Positions 43,003 through 54,662 of a stretch of DNA of 64,000 bases are shown piece after piece. The first letter of the stretch is position 1; every line of letters starts with the position of its first letter. The translations under genes and the position numbers were made by a program. The notes under the pieces were generated by a model, which searched no databases, was not told where the DNA came from, and saw only the letters and a list, made by a program, of their open reading frames with translations. Origin of the DNA: Perkinsus olseni (Eukaryota); NCBI GenBank assembly GCA_013115125.1, contig JABANN010000007.1, forward strand, positions 62,001 to 126,000, in the 5' to 3' direction.

Positions 43003-44034
43003 CTATAAAACCACGTACGGTTTAACCGAGACAGCACGACCATCAATAGACAAAGGACACGGTAGAGATGAATAATAATACTTATTGAGTACGAATGCTG
43101 CAGTTTTATCGGAGTCAAATGTGACAAAGCCAAAACCTCTGTTGCTGCCGGTGCGAAGGTCCCTAACTAGAGAACAGTCAACTACGCCGGTACCGCGAGG
43201 GATACAGTTGAGTATAGCCTCTCGCATAGAATCTTCGCTAACACCGGCGTGAATGCCACCAATGAAGACCTTTCTTGGATCTGGACGTCCATGCTTGCGA
43301 GCTTCCTTATTTGACTTCCTACGTGAGAGAGTCTTATCACCACTCCTGCAAGTGAATGGAATGCGGATACCATGTTGATCAAGCACTATGGGCTTGACAT
43401 TCTCAGGCAGCTGATCGAAGGGTGAACTGGCAACATGAGCAACATTGGCTTCATAACCTTGTATACGGGCCCAACAACAGGTACAAGACTTGGAACTGTT
43501 GCCGCTGAGCGGTAGCCTTACACCATTCGTTCTCAATATGAAATATTGTGCGAACAGTGGCGACCGGAAGTTGATGAAGCCGTAACCCATGTTCGTACCG
43601 TGAGCAAAGTCTGTTGGCAAGTAAATAAAGTCGTAGGTACCACGGAAACCACACGTCTCCATGAATTCCCACAGTAACTCATGTGTGTACTTCAAAGGAA
43701 TATCACGTAACATGACTGTGGTGAGTTCCCTGTTACCGCTGACGCTCGGCGGCACATAGTGAGCGAAGAGACCATTCGGTGGCATATACTGGGCGGAGGG
43801 ACCGTTCGGAGACAAACAACAGCCGAGAAGAAGACCGTTCGCGGAGTGATGGCCATCGACGCTCAAGGACTTATGTCGCAACTGTGCCGGGTCAGTCTCA
43901 TGATCCTTATTGTAAGCAAAGCCCTTCATTGGGGGGCAAGAGCTGGTACGGCGTGTTTGGCGTTCATCACACAACTCAGAAGGGATCCGAACTTCTATGA
44001 AGGTGTTGTGAGTCTCGATTGCAGTGTTGAGCAT
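43003..44034 (-). CDS. Intronless Mei2-like RNA-binding protein (Mei2-type RRM followed by a canonical RRM)
   Basis: TTVMLRDIPLKYT...TYDFIYLPTDFAHGTNMGYGFINF...WARIQG is the Mei2 C-terminal RRM; RKVFIGGI...RGFGFVTF gives RNP2/RNP1. ATG at 44034 follows a pyrimidine tract + AG; the ORF is open to 44253. Confidence 0.88.
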   Translation of the reverse strand: MLNTAIETHNTFIEVRIPSELCDERQTRRTSSCPPMKGFAYNKDHETDPAQLRHKSLSVDGHHSANGLLLGCCLSPNGPSAQYMPPNGLFAHYVPPSVSGNRELTTVMLRDIPLKYTHELLWEFMETCGFRGTYDFIYLPTDFAHGTNMGYGFINFRSPLFAQYFILRTNGVRLPLSGNSSKSCTCCWARIQGYEANVAHVASSPFDQLPENVKPIVLDQHGIRIPFTCRSGDKTLSRRKSNKEARKHGRPDPRKVFIGGIHAGVSEDSMREAILNCIPRGTGVVDCSLVRDLRTGSNRGFGFVTFDSDKTAAFVLNKYYYSSLPCPLSIDGRAVSVKPYVVL

Positions 44035-45190
44035 GGGTGCTTGAAAGAAGGTAAACGACGATAATGAAAAAAGGACAATAACTGCAGCAGTTGAACCGTG
44101 AAAATCCACTACACGACTCAGAAGACTCGAATCCACCGTTCCCTCTTCCTGTGTGTAAATGGTGCAGCACGCAAAGCCCACGGGGAAATCAGGCCCCAAG
44201 CTCAGTACCCAAGCGGCCCGGGGAATACTTTCAGCTTCAACAACATCTGACAAATTCAGATCAATTTGGTCCCCGACAATTTGGAGCGTACCAACTCAAA
44301 TACAATTGGTTTGTGACTTAAAACCTTCTTCGAAGACTTCGAAGGAATTCAAATCGAATCCCAACTTTCGGCGAGGAATCAACTATTTCGGGCGAGCGAG
44401 ATTGCCAGATCCCATCGAAGTGTTATGCGTGCAAGTCATGATCTTCGCCGAAGACTCTTCGGCCGTGTACTGGAACCCGACAATATATTGTACTGATTTG
44501 AAGCAGTCCTCTCCGGCTCCATGGCATAGTTTACGGCCTAAGAAAGACACTGGGGAAAGAAAAAGGCTCGATAGCACACGCTAGAACGCATACACAATGT
44601 GTGTCACACATATACGCAAAACCAAGTAACGACATGAGAGTCAGGTGTGATCGGGGACCAATAAAGCGCTGTATCAGCGATAGTGGTTGCAGATATAGGT
44701 CCACAACTGCGAAATGCCAAAGCTGTATGTAGCCGTGTGATGTTGTATATAGCCGGACGTAGTGATCATTACAGGCGTGACGTAGACAGCGTGGTGACGA
44801 GAATGGATAGACGCCTGGATGCTCGGTTTCAACCGTGTATCCAGTTGATTCCGATCTAGTACAGGAGGACCTTCGTATCATGACCCCGGAAAGTTATCGG
44901 CGAGCTTTCTGTTTCTTCGAGGGCTCGCCGTGCTTCTGTGACACCGGAAGTTTTACCGACGATATGCCAATCCTCGTCATTTCGGTCTCTCCCGCCGATT
45001 TCGCAGAGTTACCGAAAAACCGAAACTCTTGAGCTGTAACTGCTCAAGATCCCCTCTGCTGTGTACTAACGTGCAATTCGACGCGCTACTGGAATCTCCT
45101 GGAGGTGGGAATGCGATCGTCAAAAGGTGTCCCTCCGTCTGCCAGAGAGCGGATCGTGTGTGGCTGGAGCTCGTAGTGTTTCTAGCCCTC

Positions 45191-46347
45191 ATGACGTCGC
45201 TGCTTGCTTCTTCGCTGTATATGATGTACTCGGCACGGTCAAATGTTGTGACCTTCCCCTTCCGAGACAGCACGCACTTCGATCGAACCTCCGCCGGTCT
45301 CGTTCTTGATAAGCAGCCATTAACTCTCTCGGTCGATTCTGGCACAGCTAGATTGCTCGTGATCTACGGGAAATGGTTCGAGAGTGTTCATGGTGAAGGT
45401 AGCTGCGAGGAACTGGATATCACTTGTTATTTCTGTCCAGCGGAGAAACTTTGTGACCATATCGAAACACGGAAGATTTTTTAAGTTGAGTTACAAAGCT
45501 GACAAGGAGGTTTACCACTACGTACAGCATACTGGAGCTCTACTGGTAGGTGAGTCCACAGTGGATATTACTTTTGGTTTGGTGGTTAATCACAGCTGCG
45601 TGTATGACACCCTTCCCACTCTGAAGTTGGGACTATCATTCGGCCGACCGGACATACCCCAAAACTTTTCTGCAGCAATTGAAGGACTCTAATGTCATCG
45701 ACAGACTATCCTACTCAATATCTCTCGAGCAGGGTGAGGATGTTGAAGACGGCAAGCTTGTCGTTGGGGGTACGCCAAGCAATAATGCCGATACGGTTCA
45801 CATCCGACTTTGACGGCGGCCGAAGTCGTATCGCAAGATTTTTATTCCCATCGTTGCTGTGAGGCAAATGTATAATGATAACGTCACCCGGGAGAGCTTA
45901 CCCAGAGGTTTCTCACCGCAACCCCTTCCCCCAAAGTTACATTTGATCGATTCGGGCACAAGCGATGTTCCCCGTGATATCTTCGATGCTTTCATCCGAA
46001 ACTTAAAGGCTACCGTCGCTGCATTCGATCCAACTGACGCTAAAGTTCATGAAAATATACTGTGGGAGGGCGACGATCTACCAGTACAGCTGATTCGACC
46101 GAGTCATGTGAAGTTCCTGCCCACTATTATCTACTCAGTGGTCGCGGAGGGAGGGGACATCGTTAATATTAAGATATCCCCAGAGCATTATGTTGGCTCG
46201 TGCTCCGAGGCTAGATGCGCAGTGTATATTAGTGTCACGGAGCGAACCCTGGTCTGTCTAGGACAGCCGTTCTTCCGGGCATACATCACTCATGTGGACC
46301 TTGAGGAGAAGCTTCTGTCAGTAACCCCATATCCTCGGCGCCAATGA
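45191..46347 (+). pseudogene. Disrupted pepsin-like (A1) aspartic protease, paralogue of 46991-48154
   Basis: Near-identical blocks to the neighbour (LDKQPL.(L/V)SVDSGTAR, YGKWFESV.GEGSCEEL, CYFCPAE). Frameshift in the T-run 45477-45482, frameshift at CCCCAAAA 45657-45664, and in-frame TGA at 45811 where the paralogue has TGG. Confidence 0.85.
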
Positions 46348-46990
46348 GGATTGTGCGGAAGCGAAAATAAGATCGAAAAAAGACTCTTAGGCCTGTCGTG
46401 ATGGGCATCTTCTGGATTCCGCTGCGCCCAACTTCATGCTGGATTCATGCTGGTAGACGAAGGTTGTTGTTGTTGTTCCGCTTGGTATGCGCATGTTCAC
46501 GATTGTGATGTTAGTAACGGACTGTTGTTTTGCTCTTGACTTGGACGGACACGAGGATCACTGTGCTCACGTGGGTTAGAAGTATATAACTTGAATGATG
46601 TGAAGTGTTAATTCACGTAAGAAATCTTTAATGATCATACCCGCCGTGGCTCTCCCCCTCACCCACATGATGCGCGATTCGCCTTACCTATACTCCGGAG
46701 CGGTTAGGTTAAAAGTAAAATAACTACATCGCAATCCTTATCGTGCGCACCTGCTGCTGAGCGGAATGACACTGATAGAATCATCGTCGTTGTTTATTTA
46801 CACAGGACCAAGTTCGGCTTTTATGAACTGATCGTCTGCGAGCGTTCTCTGGGTTGGAAGGAGCACATCATTCGGCTGAGAGAGTTCGGGGTGGACTAGC
46901 CGCGTCAAGTTTAGGAGAGTAACTACGCAATCGGGTTCGATAAGCATGTGGGCCTCGCCTCCAAGTTAGCTGATGTTAATCCTTTGAATC

Positions 46991-48154
46991 ATGGAATGGA
47001 TGTTCGCTGCTTTTCTTATCCTGATGTACCCAGCTCGATCGGGGGTGGTCACTTTTCCGGCCGCCCAGAGCGAGTACAACAAACAAAATTACGTGGTCGT
47101 CGTCCTTGACAAGCAGCCATTATCTGTCTCGGTCGATTCCGGTACAGCAAGGTTCTTCGTGATCTACGGGAAATGGTTTGAGAGTGTTTATGGTGAAGGC
47201 AGCTGCGAGGAACTAAAGGTGGACTGTTATTTCTGTCCAGCGGAGAATCCTTGTGACGATATCGGAGAGCGCAGCCGGATTTCCGCAAGCTACGGCAAGT
47301 ACGAAGTTTACCAGTATGTACAACATAGAGGGACGCTAGACCTCGGGCAGTCTACAATACCATTCACTTTTGGTTTGGTGGTTAATCATAGCAACGTGTA
47401 TGACCTCCTTCCCACTCCAATTCTCGGCCTATCTTTCGGTCGGCCGGACATACCCAACACTTTTTTACAGCAGTTGAAGGACTCTAATGTTATCGACACA
47501 TTATCCTACTCAATGTTCTTCCAACAGCACACAGGTGGTGGATCCGGGAAGCTTGTCGTTGGAGATTCGGCCAGCAGTGCTCATGAGACGCTTCACCTCC
47601 CGCTTTGGCGTATTCCAAATTTCAACTGCAAGGTTTGTGTCCACATAACTTCGATAACGTTCAATCGGGATGATACCCTTGCTGAGGCGAGCTCCTCCAG
47701 AGGTCTCTCCGGCGCGTTCTCCACATCACCGTCTTCGTCAATGCCTCTGAAGTTGGCTTTATTCGATACCGGCACGAGTGTTATCGATATGCCACAGGAG
47801 ACTTTCGATGCTGTTGTCCGAGAGACGCGAGCTGCGATAACAGCACATAACCCTACTGATAGAGCTGAGAGGGTTTTGTGGCATGAGAGTGATGTATCCG
47901 GCTGGAGGATCAGACGAAAATACGTGCAATTCCTGCCTACCATGGTGTACTCGGTGATCGTGAGAGGGAATAGGACTGCTGATATCAGGATAACTCCAGA
48001 GCATTACATTGAGTCCTGTACCGATAGTGACTGCAGAGCTCACGTCTATGTCAATGATGGTCCAAGAACTTGCCTGGGGAAGCCGTTCTTTCGCGCGTAC
48101 GCTGCTCACGTGAATCTCGGAAGAAAGATGCTCTCAATCACCCCACACCGCTAA
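46991..48154 (+). CDS. Intronless pepsin-like (A1) aspartic protease, 387 aa, with signal peptide
   Basis: Catalytic motifs VDSGT and LFDTGTS; flap SYG; ILGLSF; GKLVVG; CLGKPFFRAYAAHVNL. Confidence 0.88.
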   Translation: MEWMFAAFLILMYPARSGVVTFPAAQSEYNKQNYVVVVLDKQPLSVSVDSGTARFFVIYGKWFESVYGEGSCEELKVDCYFCPAENPCDDIGERSRISASYGKYEVYQYVQHRGTLDLGQSTIPFTFGLVVNHSNVYDLLPTPILGLSFGRPDIPNTFLQQLKDSNVIDTLSYSMFFQQHTGGGSGKLVVGDSASSAHETLHLPLWRIPNFNCKVCVHITSITFNRDDTLAEASSSRGLSGAFSTSPSSSMPLKLALFDTGTSVIDMPQETFDAVVRETRAAITAHNPTDRAERVLWHESDVSGWRIRRKYVQFLPTMVYSVIVRGNRTADIRITPEHYIESCTDSDCRAHVYVNDGPRTCLGKPFFRAYAAHVNLGRKMLSITPHR

Positions 48155-48513
48155 TGACGATGATTCAGAATCAGAATTGGTCGTAGTACGAGAAGAAAGA
48201 GATCTAGGTCGTGAATGTGCTTCTCCATGTTGACAGGTGTGCTGTTGGTAGAAGGTAATTGTTCCGTTCGAATAAGTATGGGTAGCTGGACTTCTGGTTA
48301 GTCGGGAATGGTGCATCAAATCTATTCACTCCAGCTGCAATCATCCAGGTTTCGAAGGCTAATTAGTTCCTGTGGGGCCCTAGCCGGCGCCCACCGCTGC
48401 GTCTCGCAATCAACGTCGTATCCGAAAGCTCCTATAATCTGCTATTGCGTAGATGTGGAGTACTGGGTTGTGATGAAGCCTATCAGCTAAGCGAGGAGTG
48501 GCAATCTGATGGC

Positions 48514-49933
48514 ATGACATCATCAACGCCAGTACCAGCTCCGATGCAGTGTGAACTCAGGGGTAGTTCGGGACTGGTTGGTCATTTGTAAATGGATGAT
48601 GCCACGTCAGCCTCTCCAGGCGATCATCTCAAATCACTGTATGGCACGACTGGGCATCGATCCTGCGACCAAGTGAGTCTTCCCTCACACGCCCCGAAGC
48701 ATTATTCCACCGTGTTTTATTTTAGGCATCTCCTGGTCGATTTCCTGTAGCCTGTATGTACATGTCCTTGCCCGAGATCGAGACGTTAGTCCATAATGTT
48801 GTCCACCCCCCAGTGAGGGACCACGAGGCAGATCTCGACATTGACGCAGTCATCGAAGGTCGATCAGAGGCAGCTAACGGTGCGGCCAAGAGACCTCAAC
48901 TGCAGGGGGCTCTGTCTGATAGATAACCTCTGCAGGTGATAGTGCGGAGGAGTCCAAGAATCGTGTGAATGCGTTTCTGTCACCCCACGCCACCTCCAGC
49001 CCTCTGCATTCCATCGGGCTGCGGTGCAGCGCACCAAGCAAGCTCCTGCGTGAAATGGTAACCCAACTTCAACATCAATCTACACCTAATCCGGCTAGAC
49101 TTCATGTATGCAGGTCATCTTGCTGAGTGGGGCAGAATCACATAACTTCGTCCTGAGTGGCAACCCCGGTGACAAAGGAATAGATGTAGACCACTGCAGA
49201 GAAAGTCGGATAATTGACTGGCGAAGATTGCCGTTGTCAGGTCGACGAGCTTGTGAAGCAGAACCTGGGTGTCTGTGATAATGGCGGTAAAACCGCACTC
49301 CATCACGCAGCACAGTGGGGCAGTGCCGGCGTCGTCCATGAGCTCTGCCGCCTCGGAGCAGCCGTGAACATACAAGACCATCGGTAGGACCGCCCATCCA
49401 TTGTGGACTGCGCGATCACTGGGGCTCCATGTACAGAGGTCGCACGCCTCTCCACGCGGCGATGTTGCATCCTGTCCACGAGGGAAGTGAGGAGGTCATC
49501 CGATGTCTGATCCTTAACAAAGCTGACCCGCTGATTTCTGATCACCACGGATGCTCGCCTCTGAGGTGGACACCGTCTCCCCCTGCTCACATTATAGGTA
49601 TTTCCCTTTCAGTGCAGCAGTAGACGCCCCGGCCGCCATTCGTGAGCTCATGGTACCCAGAACTACCATCACCAATTCTCCCGGAAGGAGGGCAACTCTC
49701 GAGGAGGATGAGGTGGCCAGTAAGTGCACTCCCTTATCACCATAGACGCGAACCATCCGGCTGCAGGCCGACCGGCCGTTCGAAGAGAAGCCGCCCGACT
49801 ATACAATAGCGATCATCCATTCTTGTACGACGGCAACCTCACGGAGTCGTCAGAACTGGGCGTCTACCAGGCTGCCCGTGCAGCTATTTCTGTATGCCGT
49901 AGCGGACTGGCCGAGGGACGGTTGGAGGAGTAA
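48514..49933 (+). CDS. Ankyrin-repeat protein, multi-exon; start approximate
   Basis: Spliced DNGGKTALHHAAQWGSAGVVHELCRLGAAVNIQDHR|GRTPLHAAMLHP...EEVIRCLILNKADPLISDHHGCSPL. Confidence 0.8.
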
Positions 49934-50155
49934 CATAGTACACATGCCTTGTTAGCACTGTCGATGATGCTGGGTTGAGTAGTGCAGTTAATGGTCAATA
50001 TTGGCCAACCCTTTCATTGACGTAAGCTCAACGCCAGCCCTGTAGCTATCCTAATTGAAATGTATCAAATCATGTTGCTGCACAACAGTAGGAATATGAT
50101 GATCATCAACATTGCTACACTCAGATACGCTAGATAGCAGCATAGTAATTCCCCT

Positions 50156-53100
50156 CTAGCGGCGCTCACCGGGTCGGACGGTGACCCCAAAGAAATCTTG
50201 CGCCTGGGTGGACAGTTTCTCGAGCTTCCCTACAACATCTCGTGCATCATCATCTGCGTGACCGAGTTTTCGTAGGAAGCTTATAATGAGCTCCGACTGA
50301 TTAACCAGCACCTGATAAACTGCACTCAGCGCCTCTGGCCTCCTCTACCCCCCTACATCTGCATGTTGCTGCCTCAGCTTGCGGTCAGTCTCGGCACTAG
50401 CAACCATGGACCGCAACTTGTCACACTCCGCGGTACGCATGGCGAGCTGCTTCTCGAACTCTTTAACTGTCTGCTGCAGCTCACTTCGTTGGGACTTTAG
50501 CGTATCAACCTTCAAACCGGACACTACCCGCTCCGGCCAAAGGTGATGTGCGGGACCTCTTCCTCATAGGTTTGCCGGAGATGCTCTATCAGCACTTCAT
50601 TCTTCCGTCGTGCTTCGTTCAACTGTTTGTTGAACTTCCTTTCTAGCCCTGCATCATTCGTTGCCGATACTGTTGGATATCAGCAAGTACCACCTATGAG
50701 CTGCTTCTCATGCTCTGCCTTCACTGAGAGTTGTTTTCTGTCCAAATCAAGAGACTTCAACTCCGACAGCGCTGCGTACACCGCATCCCTGCAGCAGCAG
50801 CGGTACCACTCGACCCTCCAGGATTCGAGCTCCTACTACCTCAGGTTGTTGATCTCGGTTCCAGTGGCCCCCTTACTAGAACTGCTGCCCTTCGAGGTAC
50901 TTCTCTCTTGTAACCTGTCCTGCAGCTGCTTCACTTGGTCACGCATAACAGACTCCTGGTCACGCATCTGCCAAGAGCAGCAGTACCGATCCATCTTAGT
51001 GATGAGCTTACTTGAGCTGTTTCCCGCTGAAATCTATACTGTGTATCCTCTAGCGCTTGCTTAGCCTCTTCCAGCATAGACTCTAGCTCGACAACACGCT
51101 CAGTCCACTTCTTCCTTTCCTGCTCGATATCGAAGTCTAGTGCCATGCCCGACTATATCCCTACTTGAGCGAAATCATCAGTATGTTGTTCCCGCTCTCG
51201 TGCAATCATCTCCTGTACGGCCGTATTCCTACCATCAGCCTCGGCGAGCCTAGGCAAACTCTGACGTACCGAGCTCGAGCGCCGGCACCCTTCGCCTACT
51301 TGGATTGCAGCTGCCGCTTGAGCTTATCATTCTCTTTGGACAGATCTTCCCACATCTTTTGCACTGAGTCGGTCATCGCTGGAAAGATAGCCTCCAACAT
51401 CAACCCAGAGGATGCTGGTCCTACTGCTGTGGACTCGTATAGAGAGATCAGCTTGAAAGAAGAAGGGATCTACGACTGTCAAACAGATGAGCCCTGGATA
51501 CCTGCTGCCATGCCTCCGCCAGATCAGTGAAACTAATGAAGTTCTTCTGCTCTATGTACCTACAAGGGCGCGGCTATACGGTAGTTCTAGGAGATATACT
51601 AGCAGAGACTGCCAAAGTGTATCATGATCACTGATAAGATTCTAACAGCGTTGACTTGCCTGTCATGGAGCTCCTTATAAACAGCATGACACTCCCTTTC
51701 AGACACCCTCTTGTTTTCGACGTTCACATGTTCATTCAGTCTTGCTACAGCACTCCTGAGCTCCTGCCTGAAGTCTAGATACCGACTGTCACCTGATGGG
51801 TCGCACTAGCCGATAACCCTACAAGATCCCCCCCCCACCTTGGTCAAATTTAGGGCCGTTGAAGACCTGCAGTGCTGCAGCCTTGGCCTGCTTGTGTTTA
51901 GCTCGGACCTCCTCGTCTGACATTGGTAGCTTCTGCATCACATCCTCATTCATCGTAGCTCGATACCTGCCACCACGAATCACAGAAATAGGATTAATCA
52001 TATCCCTTGGCCTACACATGGACAGCATCCCTGAGAGAAATCCTCAGTTGATGTGTGACGACGTTAGTCCAAGCACTTTGTATGGTGGGCACTGCGCTAG
52101 AGTTGATAGCACTCACGTACCTATCACCGATCACGCTGGCTCCATCCCTGTAGACAGTGCCTACTCCTGAGCAAGTGTGGCTAGCATTGATCCATTGAGA
52201 GCAGTCCCTCCTATCATCTTCGGCTTCAACGAGGAGTACACCTAGGGAGGGAGCACCATCTGAGCTGCCTTGTGTATGCTGCTCGACTATCACCTTCTGG
52301 ACAAAGGCATCCACCTGCTGCTGGAACTGAGGCCTCAATGCTTGATACGGTAGCTTCTGGATGTGTCTCAGATCCGCCCTGATACCGCATGTAATTCCTA
52401 TGATGATGAATGACGTCAGCGTCTGCTATTACTCATTCTCCACTGGTCTGACCATCACTGAGCAACTCCTATCCCTGAACATAGTCTTGATGCATTCGCG
52501 TATCTTATTCTTCTGCTCCACTCCTTCACTACGGCCCGCCACCGGCCTCAGGGCGTGCTCTAGGTACCTGTTAAACCACGTGGGCTCGAAGCTGTGGCTG
52601 CCCACAAGTTACTCACTCCTTGGGTGATATGGGCTGCCCTGTCTCGTTGACTAGTTTGAGATTGAAGTCTCTGAGGACCCACAAGAGGGGAGGAAAGTGG
52701 GCTGCCAGGTCAGCCGAGTCTTTCGACAGATCCGGGTTGGAGTTGCGGCTGGATGATGATCGGACGTGGATGTGCTTGGTGAGATGTAGCACCTACCTCA
52801 CATACTCAACATCTTCCATCATCAACCTAAGATACTCACCAAGTTGAGCTGGTCAAGGCTCTCCTCGTTGATCGCACCCATACTGTTGTAAACGAAGAAC
52901 GAAGAGAGCAGCAGACAGAGGGAGAAGATCTGCATGTCGCAGCTCGTCGTTCGGACACAACTACCGAGACCCTCTGTGTCGATAAGGATAGCGTGGAAAT
53001 TCGGACCCAGCTGGACCTGGGCTATAATGATGACAACCTCGCCCCCTTCCCGCCTCCCCGCTACTACCGGCTGCCCCCACATCCATATACCTCGCGTACA

Positions 53101-53464
53101 GGGGTTCACACTAGGGCCTATCTCGAAGCCATCTTGTAGGCCTAGGAGACGGTTCATAAGGAAACTCTTGCCAGTACGGTAGAGACCAGCGATGCCGATG
53201 ACAGCCACCTGCCCACCCAGGGGGAGACACTCGGCCAGAGGGAGTACAGCCTTTCCCCACCTTCCCTTCCATCTGTCTCAGTATATTGAGAGCGTACTCA
53301 TCAGCGGTGCACTGCCCCGATTCATCAATCGATATGAGTTGTACAGGCCCACCATGGTAGCTGGGAGCCTTACTAGGCCCCTCCTCCTTCTCTACACCAG
53401 AGTTCATAGCAGCAGCAGTAGCTACAGGCATAGCACTCGGCGATGACGAAGTCGACTGGGACAT
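50156..53464 (-). CDS. Guanylate-binding protein (GBP/atlastin-family GTPase) with a long C-terminal coiled coil, many exons
   Basis: GPVQLISID; VAVIGIAGLYRTGKSFLMNRLLG (G1); CTRGIWMW (G2); LIDTEGLG (G3); LLSSFFVYNS; FPPLLWVLRDF (G4); RPQFQQQVDAF; VPTIQSAW; coiled-coil exons follow. Confidence 0.9.
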
Positions 53465-53613
53465 GACACTGATAGCGACGCGTACCTGCGAGGCACTGTT
53501 CCTAGCCTGCATACTATCCTGTCATCGAACTCAATACACCAGGTGGTCCATCATGGATGCACATTCATCATGGATCGTCGCGTACTGGTCATCATCATGA
53601 TCATCACTGAGCT

Positions 53614-54463
53614 TTAGGATGATGCTCCCTGCTGTCCCTGCTTGGTAGTTATAACCCGGACCAGCCACTCCATCCCGTCCTGGACCCCTTCGCCTGATTT
53701 AGCCGAGCATGCCTGACAAGGAACACTGCATGATGATGATGAGGGAAAGTCCATGGACTATACTTGTATAGTCCAGGTTCTGTCCCTAATGTTGTCCAGA
53801 TGTAGGGCCTCGGTTATCTCCTACAAGAGGAGGCCCGCCGCTATCCTATTTATAGGGCGGAGGTCTCACATTGGCAGGCAATGCCTGTAGTAGATCCTGT
53901 TTGTTAGCAAAGACCAGTAGGGCTGTCCCTCCTACCATACAACCGCTACATCCCCTTCGTTGTAGCCCCTTTACCTAGTTTGTCCTCTTGAAGCAGCTCA
54001 TTGAGCTCCTTGCCACTCTCCTCCAGTCGTCTACGATCAGCAGAGTCTATCACAAATACTAGCCCATCAGTAGCTTCAAAGTAGTTGGACCAATACGGTC
54101 GAATCGTCTTCTGGCCTGACGCCACCAACATAGAGTGGTTCACTGGATAGAACCAACAGGTCGGCAAGAGCAGCAGCTACACTCATAGTGATGATCTTAC
54201 CACCAATATCCCAAACATTGAGCTTGAAGCCATCACGGACTAGACTCTTGATATTGAAGCCCTTACAACGAGCCACCAAAGCATAATCATCAGCGACAGA
54301 CGATTTGATTTCCCCTCACCTGAGTCGGCATAACTTGAGTGATATCCTCATCGCTGAGCTTCCGTAGGATCGTTGTCTTCCCAGCGTTGTCAAGGCCCAA
54401 CACCAATATCCTAGCTTCCCTCTCATCACGCTTCAGCTTCTTCAAGATGCTGAGAAGGCCCAT
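53614..54463 (-). CDS. ARL3: ADP-ribosylation factor-like GTPase 3, multi-exon
   Basis: [98 protein letters not shown]. Confidence 0.92.
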
Positions 54464-54662
54464 ATTCAACGTCTGGGATGAAAGAGCGAAGGGCACCTAG
54501 TAGTAGCAGTGGCGAGACTACCCTACAGCAGCAGACCTCACGTCTTCCACATCTTACAACGATTATTGAGCGACTTCAACTCAAACAGCACCGAGCCCTC
54601 TAATAATATCAACAGCGGAAGGGAACAACACCCAACCAAGAGCATTCAATACTGTACAATCA

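Noticed and set aside
45028-45050. 8-bp hairpin TCTTGAGC/GCTCAAGA upstream of the protease pseudogene
   Set aside because: Isolated, with no matching element end or target-site duplication; not supportable as a terminator or transposon end.
45477-45813. Programmed frameshifting or TGA recoding rescuing the first aspartic protease
   Set aside because: It would need three independent recoding events in a nuclear gene, and TGA is used as a normal stop in neighbouring genes. Pseudogenisation is simpler.
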